Positions 1 to 13,041 of a stretch of 64,000 nucleotides of DNA are shown here, piece by piece. The number at the start of each line of letters is the position of its first letter. Within the stretch, counting starts at the first letter, position 1. The DNA comes from Sarea resinae (taxonomy: Eukaryota), in the NCBI GenBank assembly GCA_026026165.1, contig JAPEUD010000003.1:1-64000 (forward strand), given 5' to 3'. The translations under genes were made by a program, and so were the position numbers. The notes beneath the pieces were generated by a model that was not told where the DNA came from, did no database searches, and was given only the letters and a program-made list of their open reading frames with translations.

Positions 1-1930
1 AAGTCTATATATTGACTGCCTTACACCTCTATAGCTAGAATCTCTAAGTTCAAAATACACAATCATTCTATACTATACTTCTTTAGCACCTTCCTCCACT
101 TATATCTTTGTGCTACCTTATAACAGGATTTTATATACAGGATTAGACATAGATGTAATTACTAATCTCCTACTTAATTTCAGAGAAAAGAACCACTAGC
201 TATTAAGTGTATTCTACTACAAGTAGTAGAATCACACTAGTATGACTTTTATACACCTATAGAACTTATAAGTTCTATAGATATGTGAAATAGCTGCACA
301 AAGAGTGTCTTATGCTTTTGCACCACTGTTATAAGTTCTATAGATGCATAAAAGATCAGCACAAAGGCTGTTTTATGACTTTTAAACTGTTACAGTTCTA
401 TAGGTGCGTAAAATTGCGGCACAAAGGCTGCTTTGCAGAACACAGCCTGCTATACTATAGTTCTATAGACACAAGCTATAGGTACTATAGGATCTAGGTA
501 AAGGCAGCATACATTAAGCACTTAACTTGCTCTTCTATAGGTGATTCCCTTTAAAGGGGATTATGCCTATAAGGCAGTATAAAGGATTAGGAAAATCCTT
601 ATTAAGTGTGTGTATACACAATATCTATTAGTATAGGCTTAGTTTAAGCAGTCTACTCTAAGTGGTTCTTATCTGGAAATTAAGTTATATAACCTCTAGG
701 AGGCTATATAACTGCCTAGAGACTATAAAGACTATAAGACCTAGTCTTTTTAGGTGAAAAAGAGGAAGTTTAACTCTTTTTCAAAGGAATTTTAGTAGCT
801 ATAGGTGAAAAAACCACAAAATTATAGGCTTCTTTAGCAGGCTATTAAGGCTTATAACCTGTTAGAAGGTAGTATAAAGATATAAGTAAAGGAAGGTGCT
901 AAAGAAGTATAGTATAGAATGATTATATATTATAAACTTAGAGATTCTAGCTATAGAGGTGTAAGGTAGTTAATATATAGACTTAACTAACTTACTAGAA
1001 ACTTCTAGTGATAACTAATTACATAAGTGATTTATAAGCAATAGGCTAACAATAACATATGCTTTATAAAAAAGTTAGAGGATAGTTATATAACTCTTAT
1101 ATTATAGAGTTCTATAGATATCTAAGAGATTCTATAGACTACTAAATAGTTTTAAAACATTCTAAAGAGTTCTAGAAGGTTCTAGATGCTTAGTCAGCAT
1201 ACTATATTGCTTAGTCAGCATACCTATAGAATCTTTTAGAATGTTCTATATAATTCTATAGAGGTCTATAAGATTCTATTAGCTTTTATAGGTGTGTAGA
1301 AGCTTCTAGATATATCTATACTATCTTATAACAGTCTATAATAGTCTAGATACTTAAGAGTAACTAGAATTAAGGTTATAATTCTAATATAAACTCTAAA
1401 TAGGCCTAAAGTTTTAGAGAGTACTAGGCACTTAAGTAGCTCTAGTGCTATAGGTATTAACACTAAGACTTTCTAAATAGGAAATTATAAGAATTTATAA
1501 AAATTCACTCTATAATTAGTTAACACCTAGCCTATATCCTACTCTATAGCACTATAGGCTAGGCATACTAGGACTGCCTATAAGTGCTAAGTTAATAAAC
1601 TTGCACTACTAGTATAGACTAGTTACTAGAGTATATACCTAGTATATATCTTATATTATAGGCTTCTAGAGCTATTAAGAGTATAGTATATAGGTACTCT
1701 ATAGAATAAGCGACTCTATAAGAGGCCGAAATTTCTATAGGCTCCTTAGGCTATCCTAGCCTTCTAGAGTCTCTAGGAGCAGATCCTCTTTTTTGCTGAT
1801 AAAGTCTAGATGTTTTATAATAGTATGATATTTTCTTCTTATTATATATAGGGAATACTTCTATGTCTTTTCTAGTAGTATCAAGGTATATTTTGTCTGC
1901 TTTATCTGCCCTAGGTCACAAACTCCCTAT
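1..1930. mobile_element. AT-rich degenerate repeat/transposon relic, probably RIP-mutated; family not identifiable
   Basis: Very AT-rich, saturated with TA/CTAG/TATAG, CG almost absent, no long ORF; abrupt return to balanced composition near 1.93-2.0 kb. This is the usual appearance of CpA->TpA repeat-induced point mutation. Confidence 0.8.
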
Positions 1931-2235
1931 ACATTACAAATAACATGCAATTAGAGAAAGTATCAAGCATTTCTTATTAATTGAATCTTGAGTTTCGCTT
2001 TTAAACCATCCTAAATACCGAAGAACGCTCGTGCAAATAGCTAGAATTTACAGGTCAAAGACGCCCTAAGCTATCGCCTGCAAGATCTCAAACGTGATGA
2101 TCTGGGCGGACGCGCCTTGAGACTAGACGATGCAGAAAAGGAATTGTAAACATCGTAAGATGTGCGAGAACGCATGAAAGATAACCCATCTGAAGGAATT
2201 GGCACCAAGAACAGTCCTAAGCTACCATTGTGCAT

Positions 2236-4457
2236 CTAGTCAACCTCCTCCATAGCGCTTTCCGCAGTTGCTTCGGCTGGGGCCGCAGCTTCCTCGGCCT
2301 TCTCCTCACTCGTCTCGGCATCCTCATCAACGTTGAGACCAAGCGAAACAAGCTTGTGAATCCGCTCGGCAAAGCCAGCAGGTTCGTCGATCGTGAATCC
2401 GGAAACTAGAAGAGACGTTTCATAAAGGAGCTGAGTGATGGACTTGACAGTGCGGTCAGTCTCCCCGTCAGCCTCGACCTTCTTCTTTAGCTCCTGAATG
2501 ATAGGAGATTTGGGGGAGATCTCGAAGGTCTTCTTGGATGACATGTAAGAGCTCATAGAGGTGTCACGGAGGGCCTGAGCCTTCATGATACGTTCCATAT
2601 TTGCTGACCAGCCAAACTGACCAGTGCGAATCGCGCATGGGGAGCCAATGAGTTTGTGGCTGACGACCACCTTCTCGACCTTGTCACCAAGGACATTCTT
2701 GAGCGCCTTTGCCAGACCCTCGTACTCCTTCTCCTCAGCTTCACGTTGCTGCTTCTCTTCATCAGTCTCTTCGAGCTCGAAGTCTTTCGTGATGTCAACG
2801 AGTTTCTTGCCGTCGAACTCTTTCAACTGAGTCATGGCGTACTCATCAATGGGGTCGACTAGGAAAAGAACCTCGAAACCCTTCTCCTTGAGTGAATCTA
2901 GGAAAGGTGACTTCTTCACAGCGTTCAGGGACTCGCCAGTGATGTAGTACATCTGCTTCTGGTGCTCCGGCATGCGGGTGATATAATCGGCAAGTGAAGT
3001 AGTGTCGTCGCCAGACTTGGTGGAGTTGAAACGAAGGAGCTTCGCAAGAGATTGGCGGTTCTGAGAGTCCTCATGGATACCGAGCTTGATGTTCTTGGCG
3101 AAGGCGGAATAAAATTTGTCAAATTGCTCCCGATCTTCCGCGATCTCGTTGAAGAGCTCGAGAGTCTTCTTGACAATGTTCTTTCGAATGACCTTCATGA
3201 TCTTGTTTTGCTGGAGAGTCTCACGAGACAGATTCAATGGAAGATCCTCGGAGTCAACGACACCCTTAATGAAGCTAAGCCACTCGGGAATAAGGTCAGT
3301 AGCATCATCAGTAATGAAGACGCGACGAACGTAGAGCTTGATGTTGTTCTTTGTCTTCTTAGTCTCGAAGAGATCAAAAGGAGCTCGCTTGGGGACGAAA
3401 AGAATAGCGCGGAACTCGAGTTGACCTTCCACAGAGAAGTGCTTGACAGCCAGATGGTCCTCCCAGTCACTGCATATGCGTTAGCATGGGAATTTCGTAA
3501 AAAAATGTGTATAGAGATCAAACTCACTTGGATAGGGATTTATAGAAGGAGGCATATTCCTCCTGATTGATGTCCTGGGGATTTCTGGTCCAGATGGGCT
3601 TGGTCTTGTTCAGCTCTTCCTCCTCGATTTTGCTCTCCTTGATCTTCTTGGTCTTTTTCTCTTTCGCCTCTTCATCATCATCAACTTCCTCGATCTTTGC
3701 CTTCTTCTCCTCGTCTTCTTCCTTCTCCTCGGCCTCTTCGTCAGGAACCTCCCTCTCGGTCTCCTTGAGAACATGCAAATAAATGGGGTATGAGATGAAC
3801 TCGGAGTGCTTCTTGACGACCTCCTTCACTTTGCTCTCGTTCAGGTAGTCCATCTGCTCGTCCTTCAAGTGAAGGATGATCTTTGTGCCACGGCCTAGCT
3901 GCTCGCCTTCCGTATCTTGAGTCAGAGTGAAAGTGCCTCCGGCACTTGACTCCCAAACATATTGTTCGTCATCGTTGTGCTTGGAAACGACCGTCACTCT
4001 ATCGGCAACCAGGTAGGCTGAATAGAAGCCGACACCGAATTGACCAATCATAGAAATATCAGCACCAGCGGTGAGAGCTTCCATGAACTGCTTTGTGCCG
4101 GAACGGGCAATTGTACCGAGGTTGTTGACAAGGTCCTTTGTAGAGGTTTAGTAAGGTCGATGTTACCACAGAGGGAAAGTCCAATTAACTTACAGCTTTC
4201 GTCATACCAATACCGGTATCACGGAGAGTGAGTGTCTTTGCCTCTTTATTGGGAATGATGTCGATTCTGAGGTCCTTGCCAGAGTCGAGCTTGCTGGGGT
4301 CTGAAAGAGCCTCATAGCGAATCTTGTCTAGCGCATCCGAAGCGTTGGAAATCAACTCTCGCAAGAAAATCTCCTTGTTCGAGTAGACGGTGTTGATGAT
4401 CAAGCCGAGCAGCTGAGAGATCTCGGCCTGAAACTCGAAAGTCTCACTCGACGGCAT
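2236..4457 (-). CDS. HSP90: Cytosolic Hsp90 chaperone (introns 4136-4193 and 3470-3527)
   Basis: [62 protein letters not shown] and C-terminal MEEVD; GT-AG introns restore the frame. Confidence 0.99.
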
Positions 4458-4811
4458 GTCTGCGATTCTGCTGTGAGAGGATGAATCTGCGCCATCAAAA
4501 ATCATCGTCAGTCTACTTTTCTAGAAATGATATCGATTTGACCGGACGGCTAGAGTGACGGGAAAAGAACGGGTGCGATGATTGCCGGAGCTGAGCTTCA
4601 AGAACGCTGGCGAGGGCAGGTACTTACATTAAAGAGGGGTTTTGTTCAGCTGGAAAAGGGAGCAGAGTCTGAAATGATGATTGATGGACAAGAAGATGAA
4701 GTGCGTTTCGAAGGGGGGGAAAGCTTTGACTTGAGATGTCCTGATGAGAGTTCAAGTTGAGAAGAAGACAGAGCGTGCAGAAGTGGTGGTAGAAGTATTT
4801 CGCTTAAGCGA

Positions 4812-4828
4812 CCTTCTGGGAGGTTCTA
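4812..4828. promoter_or_regulatory. Imperfect heat-shock element upstream of hsp90
   Basis: cTTCtgGGAggTTCt: three nGAAn-type units with one mismatch, upstream of the hsp90 5' UTR intron. Confidence 0.45.
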
Positions 4829-5519
4829 TGCCTGGCTCCTCTTTGGTGGTTCAGGTTACGGCAGCCTTGGGAGAAGTTTGAGCTGATACTTTCTGGCGAT
4901 GGAGTGAATCTCTCTCATTCGTCTCGCTTCCATCAATTTCGAAGCTGCCATGACTGAATAGCGTAGAAGTATCCATACCTCTCTGAAGGCGGTGAATAAG
5001 GTAGTTATAATACTTACCTTACCACTTACTTGCCGAAACATCACGACTAGCATCTTCTTTGCCATTATTATTGTTAGCTCGATCATAATCATACCTAGCA
5101 CTTGACAGCTCTGATATGCATAGTATATTCTTCGATTCGCTGGCCATCGAATGTCTCGATTACTACTCGGAACGCCGTATGCAGTAAATACGTTCCTGTG
5201 ACACTCGTCGCAGGATCTTCTAGTATTTCAATCGACTACCCAAGGCGTGCGAGCATGAAGTCTAGATTATCTGAAATATAGATGCTGAAAGACGTACGAC
5301 GGGCGATCATGCCACTATAAAGAATAACAGTTGCTGGGAAATGCCAGACCCCCGTGTTCAGTCCACAACCTCACTCGTTTGACGCCACAATCCAGATGAC
5401 CTCTTCTCTGCGCCTAGTAGTCCCATCAATGTTCGTTCGTAATGTTCGTATATGTCTAACCTGATGGCCAAGAGTAAGTTCCAATGCACCCGCGGAGGCC
5501 AACACCAGCAGCTGGATCG

Positions 5520-7857
5520 TTAATCCCAGTCGCCACCACCCCACCAATGCCAGTCCCAACTGCCAAAGCTATCCCCGCTCATGCCCCAGTTCCTTGCAAG
5601 CCACATTGCTAACCCTCCAATGATGCCGAAACTGCTCATTACTTCGACCACGATCCATCCTCTTCTCTTCAAGGCATCATTCCACTGGATAAGACCCAAG
5701 GGATCCTTTGGATTTAGAGGTGTTGCTGCCCTCTTGTGAACATAAGCGTAATCGGCATTAACATCGCAAGGCGCCTGCTTCGTCAGGGACATGTTCTGCA
5801 CGGAGGAAGATGGAAGAAGTGTGCCGTCAATCACACACTGTCCCAATCGCTCAGTGAGCCAAACAGCTCTTTCTCCTCTAGCCAGAGCCTCAAACCTCTC
5901 ACGCTCGTTCTGCAAGCTTCGCCGAAGATCAGTAGCCCATTTTGCTAATCTGACCTGTGCGAGCTGTTCTTCGCGTTGCCGATGGTCTGCGATTCGTGCT
6001 AAAGTGAAAGAAGAAGCTGGCTCTGTTGGAGTGACGAGAGGGTATGGCGCTCTGGCACGGCAGGATGCAGGAACAAGAAAGTGAGCACTTGGCGCGGAAA
6101 CAAAGCCCTGTGTTGTCTGCGATGAAAGTGACGAAGAGGCGGTACCACTTTGCCAGCGCATAAACTTTTTAGACGCTGAATGCCGCAGCCAAGCTATTGT
6201 ATCACGCTCGAATACCATATCAACCAGACTCGAAAGCTCCGTAGGGATGAGCGGTTGTACATAGTCTGAACTCATTAAGACGCTTGCATCCATATTGTCG
6301 GAGTCGTTAGATACGGCCGAAGATACTGCGAAAGGTGGGCCTGGATTTGTCGTAGAAAGAGCGCCTTCAAGAGACATGCCGAAAAGAAATGGCCGAATGC
6401 CAGCAGACTTCATACCATCAAGGAAAGATTTCTTAATGCGAAGTACTTGATCAGTGGAAAGCGTGTCCGACTTTGCGACGATGGGGATGATGTTCGTGAG
6501 AGTAGACAACTGCTGTAAGAATTGGATATCCACTGGACTGAGCTCTGTTAAATAAGTAAGAATATATTATGGCTCCATCTCGGTCACTTCAACCATACCC
6601 TTGAGAATCAGATAAAAAACAACGTCAACGTGTGAGCCACCTTGGCCACTGAGCAGGCCGAGCAGATCGTCGCCATGTATACTTAGCGCAGCGGCTGTTC
6701 GCGCCATCTGCGATTCCACATATCGAATGACGGCATCGATGCTCTCTGTGAAGGAAGTTCCACTCCTGTAACCAGGAGTGTCAACAAAACACAAGTTCCT
6801 TTCAAGGACTGTTTCGCCCGTGCTTTTTCTTCTTCGAAGGACCTTGTTCTCCTCGAATTCTGACCACCAAGAAGGATAAGCTTTCGTGCTAGCATAGACC
6901 TCAGAGACATGTTTTGTGGACTTGTCGCTGAAATGCGAATCCTTTGACTTCGAAGTCCTGACTTGAGTTGGGTGTAGCGAAGGAGATGTCGTAGAAAGCG
7001 GATCGACATGAACAATGTCTTCGCATGTTTGAACAATTGACTTGATGAGAGAAGTTTTGCCAACGCCTTAACAGATGATTTACATGAGCAATCTGTAACA
7101 GTAGCACCGTGATGTATAGCGTTTACGTACCGGAATCTCCAGCGACAAGAACCTTGAGCCGTCCCATGTTTTTGCCCCTTGCGGTGAATGGTCGACGACT
7201 AGGCATCATTATACTAGGCATAACAAGCTGCGGTCCTCCGTCTCTACCGCCGGAAGAGAGATCCATGTCTTCCTCCCCGCTTGAGGCGACAGCCTGGCTT
7301 CCAGCATCGTCTGCTATAGACTCTTCGTCTGAGGGTCTGAATGATTTGGTCGACGTTGATTTCGGACTACTCGGGAGCGAAGATCCGGGTGCTGGAGATG
7401 CCAGGAACAGTGGGGTTGTAGGCTGAGATATCAGATTCTGAGAAGTTTGCAGATTTTGATAAGGATAAGGAGACGTGTGACTTGTTCGCGCTGAATGAAT
7501 TTGTGCAGTATCAGCCGCTGGCTGTAACAGAGACACCCTGATCTCCCTATCAGAAGCAGATTCAAGAGCTCTCTTGGTCTCATCTCCGTCGTTCTCGCAA
7601 TCTTCCTCCTCGGTCTCAGACCTGCCAGTGCTGCCGATAGTGTCTCCCAGGCTCTGCACCCCATATTCATTCCCTTTCTCTTCGGACTCCAGTCTCGAAT
7701 TTGAGCGAGATCTTTGGAGCATGGCTTCATTGGTTAGAAAATAGGTAGTAGGCGTACCGTGGCCTGGGCCGACCAAAGGAATACTCGAGAGGTGGTCGGC
7801 GAAGCTCGATTTGCGGGAATGTCCTGCGAGGCAGTCGCCGCCCGCAGCAGGCCTCAT
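5520..7857 (-). CDS. Fungal septin-like P-loop GTPase with disordered N-terminus and C-terminal hydrophobic segment (introns 7067-7130, 6545-6598)
   Basis: Splicing gives LKVLVAGDSGVGKTSLI (G1), CFVDTPGY (G3) and NIIPIVAKSDTL (septin G4, AKxD); middle exon is 468 nt and keeps frame. Confidence 0.85.
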
Positions 7858-9467
7858 GTTGATCCTTTACTTGAGCGTGATGCTAGAAGATATGGCAATC
7901 GAGAAAGAATCTGCAAAAAGAGGAACAGAGGGATTGATCATTGTAGGTACAAGATGATGATGACGTTGATCGGACGAGGTCAGTCATCCGGGCAGGTATG
8001 GAAGGTAGGTGAGCTGGGTAATCTGTAACTCTCATGGCACTCAGGTGATAGATAGACCTGTACGAAGTACGAATACACGAGATACGAGATACGACATGTC
8101 AGGACCCCTCCCCCACCTCCATCCATCATTGACCCTCGGGCAATTCCACACCTGAATAACGTTACCTCAAGGTAGATAGCATAAAGGTAGGCAGTACTTG
8201 AGTAAACGGGTATTGATAGCGCTATTCTCATGTGCAGAGGACTAGTGCATGTCCTAAGATGATGTACCGACACGGAGTACTTCATGGTAGACTTTAGGTA
8301 CCTAGGTACCTCACCTATCAGTAAGGTAGCTTCCCTGTTTAGCACCTTCGGGCATACTTACCTCAGGTGGTCAAAAGGCTAAGGTACTATGTACCTAGTT
8401 GACAACCTCCAGTGTGCCTAAGGTATTATTCATAAGCCGCATGGACCTTTCGAGTATAATCTATTCCACTCCGTACTCTACTCCGGAGTATGTGGCCTAT
8501 GCCATTCCAGACTTCAGAACAGTATAAGGCTGGCAGTCTTACAGCTCGAACCTTTTCGCACTTCATGGAGTGTACACTAATCCAGACGGCCAAGGTGAGA
8601 TGGCAATCACAATGCTTTTCGGAGGATGGAGAGTGGTATCATTGACTGCAAAAGGATGGAAGTGGCCTATAAGACTTTAATCGTAATTTAGGTAGGCTTG
8701 AAAATGATGGGTTGAAATATTGATCTACGGCGTGGTAGTTGTTCGTTTCGATAGTGAGCGATAGAAAGCATGAGCTGTTGGATTTTTTCGTCATTATCTT
8801 CAAAAAAATCGTACACGAGTTCTTGCAATATCCTCTGCCACCATCCAGCGCTACGCATCTTCTCCACCACTAGAGAGCGCATCGCCTAGCTCTCAATAGT
8901 ATCGCACAAGATTATCCCCATGTATATCGATTCTGGACACGTCGTGTCGGCAGAATAAACCAAGCTACCACGAGAAGCCTGTTAATTTCTGCTGCATTTG
9001 CCGTCTTGAAATGAATCTGCCAAAGGGCGCCTCAAACCAACGCTTTTCTTGGATGCCTTTATTCTTAAACACGAAATGCAAACAGATGCTGTAAGACAAG
9101 GTATTGTTGGAGTGACGCCGCTTATATACCTTACGGAGTAAACGGGTTAAGACGGCGATGAATACGGCTTGGACGTAGATAGTGCAGTGTCGTCGTGCTG
9201 ATGCCCGGGTGCCCCCAAAAATATCTTCAAAGAATCGCAAAATCATGCAAGTTGGGGCATTTTTTCCGGTATAGACTCCCTAATGTGGTCGCGCTAAAAT
9301 GCAAAATAAAGTACACGAAATTAAGACCGAGGGCGTCAAGGGAGATTGGGAGAGGATTTGCGGTGAGATGACAGAGAAGACAATACCAAGATTGAATTCA
9401 GTCGCTGTAAGACGTACCCTCGAGTCATAGATCTGTCCTGGAGCCAGGGCTTGTGTGCACATCTTTA

Positions 9468-11303
9468 TTACGATGACTGGCTGTTGCCACGACCTCTTGA
9501 AGTCGCGGCACCACCTCTTCCTCGTGGGACGTAACCGCCGCGGCCGCCATCCTTCTGGAAGCCTCCACGACCCTGGTTAGCAGGACGTCCTTCGGCGCCC
9601 CCACGGCCACCCCGCATGCCACCTCGACCGGCTCCGTAGGTGCCATAGCCGCTGGCACGGGGGCGTCGCTCTTCGACAAAGATCTGCTCACCACCAATTT
9701 GGTGAGGGTTAGCGGCGACGGCCGCATTGTAACCTGTAGAGTCGGCGAACTCAACGAAAGCACAGTTCTAGACTCGATGTTAGACTGCAATATTGTTTGA
9801 GGGTGTTGACTCTTACCTTCTGTCGGCTGACATCAAAGTAAGCGAGACGTCCAAATTGCTGGAGTGCGCTTTCGAGAGTCGCCGCGTCGACTTTTTCAGT
9901 TACGTTTTTGACATAAGCCAGGACAGTCCCCTTCTCGGTATTACCAGAGGTCGCTTGAGGCCGTTGTTTCTTAGCGTCATTGCCAGCAGTCTGCCATCCA
10001 GAACCCGCTGCATTTTGACTGGATGGCGAACCCTCCCGCAAGGAAGGAGCCTGAGCCGGTGCTGTTGGAAGAGTAGCTGATCGAGACTGCTGAGGGGCGG
10101 GAGATGTCGGAGAAGCTGAGCTTGGGGCGGGGGGAATCACAACGCGATTGTGCGATGCTACTAGATTAGCCCAAGTCTTGGGTCCTGTAGGCTTCGGCGC
10201 AGCTACTGGCGCAGCATCTTGAGATGGTGGGGCTTTTGGGGAACCAACTGCAGGCGTAGGCTCCGGATCCTTCGGCTTCTCCTGTTCGAAACTTTCGGCC
10301 GCGACAGCTGACTCTGCTTCCTGAGACGTCGGGACGTCTTTGCTGTCTTTAAGCGTTACGGCAGCAGCAGGGGCTTCTTCTGCATTCAGAACTTCGGCCC
10401 CTTCAGGAACGGGAGTACCATTTGTGATTCGAGGAGCTTCGATCGATCCTGACTCTTCTCTCAACACCTCTTGCTCCAGTTGCTTGTCAACTTGCTCAGC
10501 ATCCTTTTCGACCAGACTCGAATCTTGAGAGCTTGTTAATTGTTCACGTCCAACGTTTGCTGAGATACCTTCCTGGTATCCACCGGACTGGTCTTCAGCT
10601 TCCCCCTGCGTATCTTCACCCTCTAACACTTCGTCATCTTCTTCGTTGATGTATCGGAAGATGTCATTGAGAACAAAGTAGCCATTGGGCTGTTCGGCGA
10701 GAACGAAAGTCTGAACAAACTTGCGATGAGGCGCAGACTTGTTGGACATTTCGCCAATCACTTGCACAACAATGTTCTGGAAGGATGCTTGAGAGTCGAC
10801 ATTTGAAACCCGGACTTTACAATCTTGTATATCAAGTTCTTTGATGCGTTCGTTGATAGCCTGAAGCAGAAGATGTGAGTGACAGGTAATCAATGATTAT
10901 ACTAGGATTTAATTTACCTTTTGCCCAACGGAGACGGATACCTTCTCGTCTTCAACGCCGGAAACGAATTGCGAACGCTTAGAATAGAAAAGCTGAGCCT
11001 TGAATTAATACGACCCATCTCAAGCATAAACTACTCATCTAGCCGGACGAGCAAGAGGGTTAGCAGAAATGACGCACATGTAACTTCTCCGGGCTGCGGC
11101 TTAATGTTGTATAGTATTGCTCGACGAAATACCAGCCCACTTCATCCTTCGGGATAGTATTGCTCTCCTGACTTCCGGAGCTGGAATTGCCTGTGGTGCA
11201 GATGAGACGTCAGTATTTAGAATGCCGAAGGACAGATATCAGCAATGACCCGCTCAGGGCATCCATTACCATTAATGGGCATAGATTGATGCTCAGTAGC
11301 CAT
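9468..11303 (-). CDS. G3BP/Bre5/Nxt3-like NTF2 + RRM + RGG stress-granule protein (multi-exon)
   Basis: NTF2 motifs EVGWYFVEQYYT and KFVQTFVLAEQPNGYFVLNDIFR; PKTWA motif; RRM (AYVKNV...NCAFVEF); RGG tail ending RGRGNSQSS-TAA at 9468. Confidence 0.93.
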
Positions 11304-13041
11304 AATTGGACTTCGTGATCCTAGACGATGGAGGGCTGGCAGTCAGATTCTATGGTGTGGGTCAAGCGCAAAATGGCTTGTACCCTGATCGAAGGTCGCG
11401 GAGAGAGTGGTCGGGGTAGGTGGCGCCGCGGATCAGTGACTCCGGGGGGAGTTGTAATTTTGGTTTTCTTAATAGGAGACAATTAGCACCATATTCGTCG
11501 ACTGTCTCGAAAGAGGCATGGCTCCCTCTGAAATCCAGATTACTCACTTTGAGGAGCCAGGAAGTACGGCGGCAAAAAGCTGAAGAGCGATGGCCAATCA
11601 AGCGCAGGTATGCCCTAGACAGAAAACGACCGAATGGCAAGCGTGACGGCACTGCGGGGGGAGGCTGGAGTGTGGAGGATTTGAGCGTAACGGGCAAAGG
11701 AAATTGGGAAGGAGGGGTTAATAGATAGTGAAATGGAAAGATTCTATGTAAGATGCTGAGTAGATGGTATTCGAGCTGATGTGATGATAATGGTGACGGT
11801 GAGAGCGGGTGTAAGATCCTAGAGCTCGATGTTGAGATGAGGTGAAGTGGTTGACAAGGTAAAAGTAAGGTTGAGGTAAACTGGAATAGAGTAAGGTAGG
11901 ATCAGGGCAAGGTACTTCGGAAGGTACGCAGTACTAAGGTAGGTAGTCACCTATTGTGGAAGTGTAGGAAGTGTAAGGTAGTATGAATACCGAAGGGAAA
12001 AAAGGCTTTTCTTGGTGGTCTGCTATGTTGCTGGTAGAAAACAGTCGAAGGCCAGTGTGTGCAATAGTAGTAGCTAGCGAGCGTGGCAGGGATTTCTGCG
12101 GCTCTCCCGTCATGGATCGCTTCACTTCGCTTCTTTTCGGACGTCTGTAGGACCGACCGAGGACCAGTCTGGCCGCACCCGAATTATTGATCCGCAGCTC
12201 AAAGTACCGACCTACCGTACTTGAGTTGCGAAGTACCTAGATGAGTCCAGATCAACTCATCTGCTGATTTTACGGCAAGGAAAGACAATAATGACCATAA
12301 AATCTACCTCGAACTTACTCCGTATATTGTCAAACTTACCTAGATGGATATTACTTCCTGATTTGTAGATAGCTCTGACTTCTTGATGAAGTGTTATATG
12401 GGAAAAGATCCCCAGTATTTGTTCACCCTGATTAGTTCATGCACAAACTCGAACCTGCCTGCGCAATATACGATTCGTATATCCTCGCGCCTTCTTCAAT
12501 CAATACCCAATCAATGACATATAAGATAAGGATAACGGGGCAACGAGAAACAAGTTAAGGGTCATGGGCAGGGGGGCCTTCGCCCGTTTTGGAAAATGTA
12601 TTCGCATCGGATCAATTCATCAACTGTCTGTTGTCTGTTGGCGTGGTATGATAACCGCTCCCATAACAGTCTTTCTGTCGGCCGTGTCGTTGGGATGTAT
12701 CCGATAAAGCAAGGAAAAAAGAGAGAGCTCTTTTGGTGGATGTCCGCGCAAGTTAGTCGTATCATTGACGCAACCGATATGATTGATGTATGTGAGACAA
12801 TTGGCTTGATATCTAGAAAAGTGAGGGCGTTTGAGAGTGTGATAGGGGTATATTCATGATGAAAAGAAAAGAGATGGAAAATTCGTCTATAAGAAAGGTT
12901 TGCGCGAAGAAAAAACGGGATGAGTGATGGTGATATGCCAACGCCGACTAACGTGTCATAAAGGTGCAATATAGCATTGGCCATGCACTGGGAGTGCCAC
13001 GACACCAGCAAGGCTGCCGTGGTATGGTCCCATGCTGGACT

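Noticed and set aside
240..480. Periodic repeat resembling a CRISPR array
   Set aside because: Eukaryotic context, whole units are similar rather than repeat-plus-unique-spacer, and no cas genes.
9425..9790. 121-aa ORF as the last exon of the G3BP-like gene
   Set aside because: Wrong frame; the RRM/RGG frame ends at TAA 9468.
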